Assembly: GCA_031431875.1 (NCBI GenBank)
Contig: JANPEF010000072.1
Location: 1-25,008 of the forward strand
DNA: 25,008 nt
Source: Candidatus Eiseniibacteriota bacterium
GTDB lineage: Bacteria > Eisenbacteria > RBG-16-71-46 > DASYSL01
Reading direction: 5' to 3'
The position numbers and the translations under genes are program-made. Every line of letters starts with the position of its first letter. Position 1 is the first letter of the stretch. The notes beneath the pieces were generated by a model that was given only the letters and a program-made list of their open reading frames with translations, had not been told where the DNA came from and made no database searches. Positions 16,726 to 24,620 of this stretch are shown one piece after another.

Positions 16726-17796
16726 TCAACTTCCCCGCACGACCTCCATCCGCCCCGCCGTTCCATCGAGGACCTCCCCCACGATCGCCGCCGCGGGGGT
16801 CCCGTGCGCGAGGAGCGCGGCCACGAGGTCGTCGGCCTTCCCGGGCGGCACGGCCATGAGCAAGCCCCCCGAGGTCTGCGCGTCGGCGAGCAATAGTTGA
16901 TCCTCCCTGGTCAGCTCCGCTGCCCAGGTGACCCAGTCGGCGAGGAAGCGCCAGTTCGCGTGCGTGCCTCCGGGTGCGACCCCCTCGTGCACGTACGTGC
17001 GCGCCGCGTCCATCACCGGCACGCGGTCGAGCCACACGCGAGCGCTCACACGACTCGCGGCGCACACGTTGCGCAGGTGACCGAGCAGGCCGAAGCCGGT
17101 CACGTCGGTGGCCGCGTGCACGCCGACCTCGAGCATCGCCGCGCATGCGCCGGCGTTGAGCGTCGTCATCAGCCGGATCGCCTCGCCGATCGCGCCCAGG
17201 TGGTCGACGTCGTTCTTGTTTGCCGTCGTCACGATGCCGAGGCCCAGCGGCTTCGACAGCACGAGCAGGTCGCCAGGATGCGCGCCCGCGTTCGACACGA
17301 TGCGATCGGGATGGATCTCGCCGACGACGGCGAGGCCGTAGATCGGCTCGTCGGTCTTGATGGTGTGGCCGCCGACCACGTCGATGCCGGCTTCTTTCGC
17401 CTTGAGCGCGCCGCCGCGCAGGATCTCGCCCAGGATGTCGACCGACAGCGTCGCATCCGGGAAGCCGACGATGGCCAGCGCCGACAGCGGCCGCCCGCCC
17501 ATCGCGTACACATCGGACAGCGCATTCGCCGCCGCGACGGCGCCGAAGTCGAACGGCTCGTCGACGATCGGGGTGAAGAAATCGGTGGTGAAGACGAGCG
17601 CCCGCTCGGCATCCAGGCGGATCACCGCGGCGTCATCGGCGGTGGCCGAGCCGACGAGCACGCGCGGGTCATTCACGGGCGGCAGCCCGCGCAATAACGG
17701 CAGCAGGTAACCGGGAGGATGCTTCGCCGCACACCCGGCGCGCTTGGCGGTCTGGGTCAGGCGAACGCGCGGCGGGGTCACTTCGGGCTGGCTCAT
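16726..17796 (-). CDS. selD: Selenide, water dikinase (selenophosphate synthetase), Cys form
   Basis: RLTQTAKRAGCAAK (catalytic C-x2-K), DDAAV, TTDFFTPIVDEPFDFG, AANALSDVYAMGG, GGHT, ATDVTGFGLLGHL, DAQTSGGLL. The catalytic codon is TGT (17733-17731). Confidence 0.97.
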   Translation of the reverse strand: MSQPEVTPPRVRLTQTAKRAGCAAKHPPGYLLPLLRGLPPVNDPRVLVGSATADDAAVIRLDAERALVFTTDFFTPIVDEPFDFGAVAAANALSDVYAMGGRPLSALAIVGFPDATLSVDILGEILRGGALKAKEAGIDVVGGHTIKTDEPIYGLAVVGEIHPDRIVSNAGAHPGDLLVLSKPLGLGIVTTANKNDVDHLGAIGEAIRLMTTLNAGACAAMLEVGVHAATDVTGFGLLGHLRNVCAASRVSARVWLDRVPVMDAARTYVHEGVAPGGTHANWRFLADWVTWAAELTREDQLLLADAQTSGGLLMAVPPGKADDLVAALLAHGTPAAAIVGEVLDGTAGRMEVVRGS

Positions 17797-17803
17797 GCTG
17801 CGA

Positions 17804-17809
17804 ATCCTA
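17804..17809 (-). promoter_or_regulatory. Putative -10 element (TAGGAT) for leaderless selD
   Basis: TAnnnT hexamer 7 nt before ATG 17796; no SD in the 49-bp divergent gap. Confidence 0.45.
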
Positions 17810-17845
17810 GCCGATCGGCAGCGCGCGTGTAAGACTGCGGGCGCC

Positions 17846-19030
17846 ATGTCCCCCCCCACCCTTCGCCAGCGCTTCGGCCTCAACTCCCAGACCGGCGCGA
17901 TCCTCGGCGCGATGTTCCTCGTCTCGCTGGGCGAGGAGATGTGGAGCCCCTATCTCCCGAAGTACCTCGACACGCTCGGCGCGAGCCTGCTCGTCATCGG
18001 GCTGTGGTCGGCGGGCAAGAACCTGCTCGAGGGCTTCCTGTTCTGGGGCGGCGGCGCGCTGTCGCATCGCCTCGGCGAGCGCGGCACGCTGGCGCTGGTC
18101 GGCGTGATGCCGGTCGTCGGCTACCTCGTGTTCCTCGCCTCCGACTCGGTCGGCGCGGCGATCGCCGCCTCGTTCCTGATCGGCTCGTGGGAGGCGCTGT
18201 CCGTGCCGGCGACGTTCGCCGTCGTCGGTCGCGCCATCACCGCCGAGCACCGCACCAGCACGTTCGCGATCCAGTCCATGCAGAAGCGCCTGCCCCGCAT
18301 CGTCGGTCCGTGGATCGGCGGCCTCGTGCTCGCCCTCTTCGGCGTCGCTTCCGGTGTGCGCTCCCTGCTCGTCGTCGCGCTTTGCTTCGTGCTCGTGTCG
18401 ATCGCGGTGCAGTGGCGCTTCGTCCGCGGGGCGCGGCCCGCAGCGCCGACAGCGATCTCCAAGCGCGAGGTGTGGCGCGCCATGCCGCCGTTCCTCAAGC
18501 GGCTGTGGTGGAGCGACGTGCTGGTGCGCTGGGGCGACTGGCTGGCGCGCGACTTCATCGTGCTGTACTGCCTCAAGACGCTCGGCATCTCGACCGTCCT
18601 TTTCGGCACGCTCGTCGCGCTCCAGATGACGACCGCACTCGCCACCTACCTACCGGTCGCGTCGATCGTCGATCGCGGCCACCAGCGGCCGTTCATCGGG
18701 CTCACCTTCGTGCTCTTCGCGCTCACGCCAGCGATGTTCGCGTTCGCCCACGGGCCGCTCGGCCTCGTGTTCGCGTTCATGGTCTACGGGGCGCGCGAGA
18801 TCGGCGAGCCGGCGCGCAAGAGCCTGATCACCGCGATGTTCCCCGAGGAGTACCGCGCGCGCGGCGTCGGCCTGTACTGGGGCTGGCGCGCGTTCGCGAT
18901 CTTTCCCGCGCCAATCGTGGGCGCGCTGGTATGGACGGCGTTTGGACCCCGCGCGTTATTGTGGACGGCGTGCGCGGTCGGGCTGGTGGGTGCGACGTCG
19001 TTCGCGGCGATGGCGGCGCGGGAGCGCTAG
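17846..19030 (+). CDS. MFS transporter
   Basis: 394 aa with about 12 hydrophobic segments; GGALSHRLGERG (motif A-like), AEHRTSTFA, PEEYRARGVG. Confidence 0.9.
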   Translation: MSPPTLRQRFGLNSQTGAILGAMFLVSLGEEMWSPYLPKYLDTLGASLLVIGLWSAGKNLLEGFLFWGGGALSHRLGERGTLALVGVMPVVGYLVFLASDSVGAAIAASFLIGSWEALSVPATFAVVGRAITAEHRTSTFAIQSMQKRLPRIVGPWIGGLVLALFGVASGVRSLLVVALCFVLVSIAVQWRFVRGARPAAPTAISKREVWRAMPPFLKRLWWSDVLVRWGDWLARDFIVLYCLKTLGISTVLFGTLVALQMTTALATYLPVASIVDRGHQRPFIGLTFVLFALTPAMFAFAHGPLGLVFAFMVYGAREIGEPARKSLITAMFPEEYRARGVGLYWGWRAFAIFPAPIVGALVWTAFGPRALLWTACAVGLVGATSFAAMAARER

Positions 19031-19061
19031 GCTTCCGTCGGGGGCCTGGCGTTGCCGGGCG

Positions 19062-20873
19062 TCAAGCCTCCTCGCGCGCGGCGCGAAACTGCTGTTCGTA
19101 CAGCCGCGCGTACAACCCCTCCCGCGCCAGCAGTTCGGCGTGCGTGCCCGACTCGACGATCACGCCGCGCTCGAGCACGAGGATGCGATCGGCGGCGAGG
19201 ATCGTCGACAGGCGGTGGGCGATCACCAGGCTCGTGCGCCCCGCCAGCAGCGCGGCTAGCGCCTCCTGCACCAGCGCCTCGTTCTGGGCGTCGAGGCTCG
19301 AGGTCGCTTCGTCGAGCAGCAGCAGGCGCGGATTCTCGAGGATGACGCGGGCGATCGCGATCCGCTGTTTCTCCCCACCCGACAGCTTGTAGCCGCGCTC
19401 CCCCACCACGGTCGCATAGCCTTCGGGCAGGCGCGCGATCACGTCGTGGATCTGCGCCTGTCGGCACGCCGCCTCGAGCTCGGCGTCGGTCGCGTCGGGC
19501 TTCGCGTAGCGCAGGTTCGTCGCCACCGTGTCGTGGAACAGGAACGACTCCTGCGTCACGCTGCCGATCGTCGCCGACAACGACGCCAGGGTGACGTCGC
19601 GCAGGTCGTGCCCGTCGATCGACACCGCGCCGCTCGTCGGGTCGTAGAGTCTTGCCGTCAAATACGTCACCGTCGTCTTGCCCGATCCCGAAGGGCCGAC
19701 CAGCGCCACGAGCTCGCCGGGCTTCGCCTCGAACGTGACGCTTCTGAGCACGGGTTGACCGGCGTCGTAGGCGAAGGAGACCGAATCGAAGCGCAGGTGG
19801 CCGCGAGGCTCGCGTAAGGCCGTGGCGCCCGGTTTTTCGGCGATCTCCCGCGGCAGGTCGAGGTAGGCGAAGATGCGGTCGAACAGGCTGGCTGCCGTCA
19901 TCAGGTCGACGTGCACGTTGACCAGCGACGACGCCGGCCCGTACAGCCGGCCCAGGTACGCGACGAGCGCGACGATCGTACCCACCGTGATGGCGCCCTG
20001 GATCGCGAGCCAGCCGCCGTAGCCGTAGATCAACGCAGGCCCGACCGACGCGAACAGCATGAGGAAGAAGAAGAACCAGCGGCCCACCAGGTTTTGCCGG
20101 AGGTTCAGGGTGCGGACCTGGTCGTTCTTCGTGCGGAAGCGCTCGGCTTCCGCCGCCTGCATCCCGAACAATCGCACCATCAGGTGCCCGCTCACCGACA
20201 GCGTCTCCTGCACGAACGCCGTGAGCTCGGCCATGCGCTCCTGCGTCTCCTTCGAGATCCGCCTGCGCAGCTGTCCCACGCGTCGCGTCGGCAGGATGAA
20301 GATGGGCAGAATTCCTATCGCGAGTAGCGCTAGCTTCCAATTAATCCCGAAGATGACGACCAGCGTTGTGACGACCACGAGCACGTTCGTCACCACCGCG
20401 ACGAGCGTCCCCGTGACCACGCCCTGGATCCCGCCGACGTCGCTTTGCAGACGCGACAGGATCTCGCCCGACTTCGTGTTGGTGTAGAAGCGCAGCGACT
20501 GGGTCAGGAGCTTCCCGTACATCTCGTTCCTGATGTCGAACATCACCGCCTGGCCGACGCGCACCGCGAGGTAGTTCTGCAGAACGCCGATCAAGCCGCC
20601 CACCGCGGGGACCGCGATCATCAGCCCGACGAGGCGCAGCAGTAGCGACGTGTCCCGTCCGGGAATCGCGTGATCGATCACGTCGCGGACGAGGAGCGGT
20701 GGCACGAGGCCGAGCAGCGCCGTGGCGAGGATGCACAGGGTGATGCGGAGGGCTTCGCCGCGGTAGGGGCGGAAGTAGCGGGCGACGCGGAGGAGGACGC
20801 CGCGGTTGAGCGACTTCGCCGCCCCCGGCTCCATGTCCGACATCCGACCCAAAGGCCCGAATCCGTGCCCCAA
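19062..20873 (-). CDS. ABC exporter, fused permease/ATPase (MsbA/MdlA-like); start TTG 20873 or ATG 20843
   Basis: N-terminal TM domain; Walker A GPSGSGKT, Q-loop VTQE, signature LSGGEKQR, Walker B LLLLDEAT, IAHRLST; GGAG shortly upstream of TTG 20873. Confidence 0.95.
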   Translation of the reverse strand: MGHGFGPLGRMSDMEPGAAKSLNRGVLLRVARYFRPYRGEALRITLCILATALLGLVPPLLVRDVIDHAIPGRDTSLLLRLVGLMIAVPAVGGLIGVLQNYLAVRVGQAVMFDIRNEMYGKLLTQSLRFYTNTKSGEILSRLQSDVGGIQGVVTGTLVAVVTNVLVVVTTLVVIFGINWKLALLAIGILPIFILPTRRVGQLRRRISKETQERMAELTAFVQETLSVSGHLMVRLFGMQAAEAERFRTKNDQVRTLNLRQNLVGRWFFFFLMLFASVGPALIYGYGGWLAIQGAITVGTIVALVAYLGRLYGPASSLVNVHVDLMTAASLFDRIFAYLDLPREIAEKPGATALREPRGHLRFDSVSFAYDAGQPVLRSVTFEAKPGELVALVGPSGSGKTTVTYLTARLYDPTSGAVSIDGHDLRDVTLASLSATIGSVTQESFLFHDTVATNLRYAKPDATDAELEAACRQAQIHDVIARLPEGYATVVGERGYKLSGGEKQRIAIARVILENPRLLLLDEATSSLDAQNEALVQEALAALLAGRTSLVIAHRLSTILAADRILVLERGVIVESGTHAELLAREGLYARLYEQQFRAAREEA

Positions 20874-20921
20874 GTCAGCTCCGCAGATTGCAGCTGGCGA
20901 GCTGCGCGACGGCGGATCGCG

Positions 20922-21084
20922 CAAGTCGTTTCCCTTACGGGAGTTGGGTTCCAAGGCCGGGGTTCGCCACCAGGCGGCCGAGGGCGACAATGCCACATTC
21001 GAGTGGGATTCTGGAGATGCCGGCCCCAACGGGGCCGGGGGGGCTGCATCGCATCCCCATAACCACTTGCCCTAAAATCGGTTA
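20922..21084. promoter_or_regulatory. Pair of related 25-bp spaced inverted-repeat sites flanking a GC hairpin in a divergent intergenic region
   Basis: CAAGT-N15-AGTTG (20922-20946) and TAACC-N15-GGTTA (21060-21084); hairpin CCGGCCCC-AAC-GGGGCCGG (21020-21038). Confidence 0.45.
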
Positions 21085-21183
21085 CACGGATTCATCGCGA
21101 AACGCAATCTTCGGAGCATTCCCCCCGGCCGGCTGGCCGATAACGGGATCGATGTATCCACCCGGAATCAGGAGGTCCGCGGG

Positions 21184-21795
21184 ATGACTTTGGACACCGT
21201 GTCTCGATTGCTCGATCGCCTGCTCGAAGAGAAGGAAGGCTCCGACGGCTTCTGGCACGGCCAGCGCAATGGGGTGACGATTTACGTCGTCGCCGATGAG
21301 GAGCACGACCGCATGCGGATCATGGCCCCCATCGGCGAGATGCGGAAGGCCGACCCCGGGTTCCTGTCCATCCTGCTGCAGGCCAACTTCGACCGCGCCC
21401 TCGACGCCAAGTACGCGATGCGCAAGCGCGAGCTGTGGTCGGTGTTCATGCACCCGATGTCGACGCTGGTGCCGGACGACCTGGGCACGTTCATGGACCA
21501 GGTGGCAAAGCTGGTGCAGAACACGGGCACGACGTATGCCTCGAGTGAGCTGATCTTCGGCGTCGACGACGAGACCGACGGCGAGCTCGACCAGCAGTAT
21601 GAGGTCGACGTCGACGACAGCGATGACGAGGAAGACGAGGATTCCGATGCGGGTCCGGGCGACACGCGCCGCCGCCGCGAGGAGCTTCACCCCGCGGGCG
21701 AGGTCATCGACCTGAGCGGGCTCCTCGACGTGATCCGCGAAGATCAGGACGAGGACGACGAAGACCGCGGGAATCGCCGGCGATCCAAGCCCTAG
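21184..21795 (+). CDS. CesT/YbjN-like (T3SS-chaperone fold) protein with long acidic C-terminal tail
   Basis: Strong AGGAGG RBS; core DRMRIMAPI...LLQANFDRALDAKYA...LWSVFMHPMSTL...QV...GTTYASSELIFG resembles chaperone-fold hypotheticals (from recall); last ~75 aa are D/E-rich. Confidence 0.7.
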   Translation: MTLDTVSRLLDRLLEEKEGSDGFWHGQRNGVTIYVVADEEHDRMRIMAPIGEMRKADPGFLSILLQANFDRALDAKYAMRKRELWSVFMHPMSTLVPDDLGTFMDQVAKLVQNTGTTYASSELIFGVDDETDGELDQQYEVDVDDSDDEEDEDSDAGPGDTRRRREELHPAGEVIDLSGLLDVIREDQDEDDEDRGNRRRSKP

Positions 21796-22220
21796 CCGGG
21801 GTGATCCGCCCCGGTCTCGGCCGCGGCGACCAGCAACTCCGCCGCATCATCGGCTGCGTGCTCGAACCGGCTCCCCGCCGGCGGCACGAACGGCAGCCAG
21901 CTGCAGCCGTAGGCAATCAAGAAGAATACCCCCCAGCGCTCGTACTGCCGCGTGTGGGCACGCTCGTGCTCACCCAGTGCAACCAGCGCGCGCCCATCGT
22001 AGCGCAGCACCAGGTGATCGGCGTCGCGGCCCGGCGCGTAGTGGATGGTGTTCCCCAGCGTGATCGCCGACTTGCGCAGCAGGCCGACGAACGGCTGATC
22101 GAGGAACTCGATCGCGTTGCGCCCCACCCGGACGCGGGAACCGAGCATCACCGCGACCGTGCCCACGAGGAGCCCGAGCAGCGTGTTGGGCAGCGTCCAC
22201 AGCTTCCCGAGGATGGACAT
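21792..22220 (-). CDS. Small membrane-associated hypothetical protein with HExxH motif (putative mini-zincin)
   Basis: MSILGKLWTLPNTLLGLLVG..., AITLGNTI, HERAHTRQYERWGVFFLIAY, downstream FEHAA. Confidence 0.7.
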   Translation of the reverse strand: MSILGKLWTLPNTLLGLLVGTVAVMLGSRVRVGRNAIEFLDQPFVGLLRKSAITLGNTIHYAPGRDADHLVLRYDGRALVALGEHERAHTRQYERWGVFFLIAYGCSWLPFVPPAGSRFEHAADDAAELLVAAAETGADHPG

Positions 22221-22261
22221 CGAAGACCTGTCGCGGTGCATAGCCGTCGGCGCGCCGACGG

Positions 22262-23317
22262 CTACAAGACCTTCGACAGCTCGGCCAGCGAGCGATCGTA
22301 GCGGTACGAGATGTCCATGTGGCCGTCGTCGAACTCCTCGTGCCTGACCTTCGCGCCGGCCGACTTCAGCTGCGCGACGAGCATGCGTGCGCCGATCTGC
22401 AGGTTCCATTCGTCCTTGAGGCCGGCGTCGATGAACACGAGCTTCAACTTCTTCGCGGCGGCACGCGAGCGTGGGTCGAACTCGACCATGCGCACGGGAT
22501 CCCACGACAGCCAGCGCATCCACGTCTCGTCATCCAGCGCACCGGTGTCCGTGTCGAACGGGAGGTCCACGCGAAGCGGCTTTTTCGGATTCGGCGAGTA
22601 CGCCGCCGCCATGGCGACGATATTCAGGACCTTCAGCCAGTCATGCCCCTTCTTCGGCGCCTTCTGGAACGCGGCCCACCACCTCTCGAGCGAACCGTAC
22701 TTCTGGATGGCCGACCACGCGGCCGGAAAGTCGGGCAGGTAGCAGTACTCGAACGCGGTGTCGCCGCTGTGGGAGGCGATGGCCGAGAACACGTCGGGAT
22801 GGCGCAGCCCGTGCACGAGCGCGCCGTAGCCGCCGCTCGACTTGCCGGCGACGGCGCGGTGCGCCGCCTCGGCCTTCGTGCGGTAGGTGGCGTCGACCCA
22901 GGGGACGAGCTCGCCGATCAGGTGCGACTCGTAGGCGCCATGCGCGCTCGAGTCGAGGTACTGGCTCCCGCCGTAGCGGGTGAAGCAGTCGGGCATCACA
23001 GCGATCATCGGCTGAGTCACGCCGGAGGCGATCAGCCTGTCCAGGCGCCGATGGATGGGTTCGGACCAGCCCGAGTCGTTGAGCAGCATCGTGCCGCGAC
23101 CCGTGAAGCCGGCGAGCAGGTGAACGACCGGGTAGCGGTGGCGTGCCTGCGCCGCGTCGTCATAACCCGGCGGCAGGTAGATCGGGATGGTGCGCACGTG
23201 CGGATCGCGCAACGGATTGCCCTTGAGCACGCGGCTCTCGAAGCGGACGTACTCGATGGTGCCCTCGGGCGGGGCAGCGGACGTGACGGCACGACGGGAC
23301 GGGCGTTTCGCGGGCAC
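22262..23317 (-). CDS. Putative serine esterase (enterochelin esterase/PF00756-like alpha/beta hydrolase)
   Basis: SRVLKGNPLRDP, IYLPPGY, YPVVHLLAGF, GGSQY, ELVPWVD, nucleophile GKSSGGYG, DAGLKDE, FDDGH; GGAGGAG RBS before GTG 23317. Confidence 0.92.
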   Translation of the reverse strand: MPAKRPSRRAVTSAAPPEGTIEYVRFESRVLKGNPLRDPHVRTIPIYLPPGYDDAAQARHRYPVVHLLAGFTGRGTMLLNDSGWSEPIHRRLDRLIASGVTQPMIAVMPDCFTRYGGSQYLDSSAHGAYESHLIGELVPWVDATYRTKAEAAHRAVAGKSSGGYGALVHGLRHPDVFSAIASHSGDTAFEYCYLPDFPAAWSAIQKYGSLERWWAAFQKAPKKGHDWLKVLNIVAMAAAYSPNPKKPLRVDLPFDTDTGALDDETWMRWLSWDPVRMVEFDPRSRAAAKKLKLVFIDAGLKDEWNLQIGARMLVAQLKSAGAKVRHEEFDDGHMDISYRYDRSLAELSKVL

Positions 23318-23367
23318 GGGGTCTCCTCCGTTCGGGTCCGGACGATGACGACGCGGAGCACCATACC

Positions 23368-24213
23368 CTACCCGTCCCTCCGACGGAATGCGCGGACCGC
23401 AAGAGCCAGCGGCACGAGCGTCTCGAGCGCAAGCACGGTCGCGCCCAGCGCGGCTCCCCCGCCGGCGCCGAACCACTTCGCGAGCACGGCCGACGTCGGG
23501 CCGAACAGCGCTCCCGAGCCCACCGCGAGCGTGACCAGCACGCGGGTGAGATCGATGGGATTGATCAGGAGCGCCGGAAACAGCACGGCCTCGAGCGGCA
23601 ACCCGCTGAGCAGCGACGTCGCGCCCAGCAAGGCCAGGTCGTAGCCGACGACCGCGGCGAACCAGCCGAGCAGCGCCAGCGACAGGGCGCGCACGCGATC
23701 GCCGATCGCGGTGCCGATCCACAGCGCACAGGCGATCGAGAGCCAGCCGAGGACGAACGACAGCGCGGTCAGCGCGACGAAGCCCGGCAGCTGGTCGGCG
23801 CCGGCCATGAGCGCGATGATCAGGCCGCCGCCGCCGAAGCCGAGGGCCTGCGCCGCCGTCAGCGCGGCGCACAGCCCCAGGTACTTGCCGGCGAGCACCT
23901 CATCCCGGCTCACCGGCTGGGCGAGCAGGAGCGCGAGCGCGTCGGCGTCGCCGGCCACGCTGGCCACGCCGAGCATCAACCCGGTCAGCGGCACGACGAG
24001 CAGGACCAGGTTGAGCAGCGACAGCGTCACGCGGCCGAACCCCTGGAAGCCGATCTCGCGACTCTGCGCGAGGCCGAAGTAGGAGAGGCCCAGCACGAGC
24101 GCTGCGAAGGCGATTGCGAAGGCGAACAGCCAGCGCGTCTCGAGCGCGCGACGGTGCTCCTCGCGGACGAGGACGAGCAGCGGTTTCCGGCGAAGCCATG
24201 CGGTCGGGCGCAT
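23368..24213 (-). CDS. NosY-like ABC-2 type permease
   Basis: SLLNLVLLVVPL, LLLAQPVSRDEVLAGKYLGL, YDLALLG, LLINPIDLTRV; about 6 TM segments; ATG overlaps the upstream stop (TGATG). Confidence 0.88.
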   Translation of the reverse strand: MRPTAWLRRKPLLVLVREEHRRALETRWLFAFAIAFAALVLGLSYFGLAQSREIGFQGFGRVTLSLLNLVLLVVPLTGLMLGVASVAGDADALALLLAQPVSRDEVLAGKYLGLCAALTAAQALGFGGGGLIIALMAGADQLPGFVALTALSFVLGWLSIACALWIGTAIGDRVRALSLALLGWFAAVVGYDLALLGATSLLSGLPLEAVLFPALLINPIDLTRVLVTLAVGSGALFGPTSAVLAKWFGAGGGAALGATVLALETLVPLALAVRAFRRRDG

Positions 24214-24620
24214 CAGCGGTGTCCCTCCACGAGGTGCGAGCCGGCGACGTTCAGCCGCGCGGCGGGTTCGCCGTCGATCCACAGCGCGAAGTCGGCACCG
24301 GGGCGGTCGGCTGTGAACTCCCCGCTCCACGCGGCCCCCGCCGCAAGCGGCGGGATCGCGACCTGGTCGTCGTAACCCGGAAGCTGCGCGGCCACCGGGC
24401 GGGCCGTCGCGTTCACGACGGTGAGCCGCACGCGATGATCCTTCCCCACCGTGGCCATGGCCGGCTCGACGCCGCGGTCGTTCACATGAAAGACCAGGGT
24501 GTCGGTCTGGACGAAGGGCTTGGGAACGACTTCGGGCGCGGGCCGCTGGAGTCGGCCCGCGAGGACAAGGCCGAGCGCGACGACGCCCACACCGATGCCG
24601 AGCGCGCCCCAACGGTTCAC
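24213..24620 (-). CDS. Membrane-anchored cupredoxin-fold-like protein lacking type-1 Cu ligands
   Basis: N-terminal TM helix; VEPAMATVGKDHRVRLTVVN...LAAGAAWSGEFTADRPG resembles the cupredoxin (EfeO-N-like) strand pattern; coupled on both sides by start/stop overlaps. Confidence 0.65.
   Translation of the reverse strand: MNRWGALGIGVGVVALGLVLAGRLQRPAPEVVPKPFVQTDTLVFHVNDRGVEPAMATVGKDHRVRLTVVNATARPVAAQLPGYDDQVAIPPLAAGAAWSGEFTADRPGADFALWIDGEPAARLNVAGSHLVEGHR

Noticed and set aside
18932..18971. 10-bp direct repeat TGGACGGCGT, 30 bp apart, at the MFS 3' end
   Set aside because: Encodes W-T-A twice in-frame; too short to indicate a target-site duplication and no element lies between the copies.
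19044..19060. Small hairpin GCCTGGC-GTT-GCCGGGC between the convergent MFS and ABC genes
   Set aside because: Short, contains a G-U pair and has no U-tract on either strand; insufficient to call a terminator.
20309..20345. Five 6-bp palindromes (GAATTC, TCGCGA, AGCGCT, GCTAGC, ATTAAT) resembling a cloning polylinker
   Set aside because: They lie in-frame in a normal TM segment with no vector sequence nearby; one such cluster in 25 kb is plausible by chance. Only the codon anomaly is reported.
20874..21183. tRNA or riboswitch in the 310-bp intergenic region (contains GGTTCG and hairpins)
   Set aside because: I could not build a cloverleaf or recognise an aptamer consensus by eye; an Infernal/Rfam scan would be needed.
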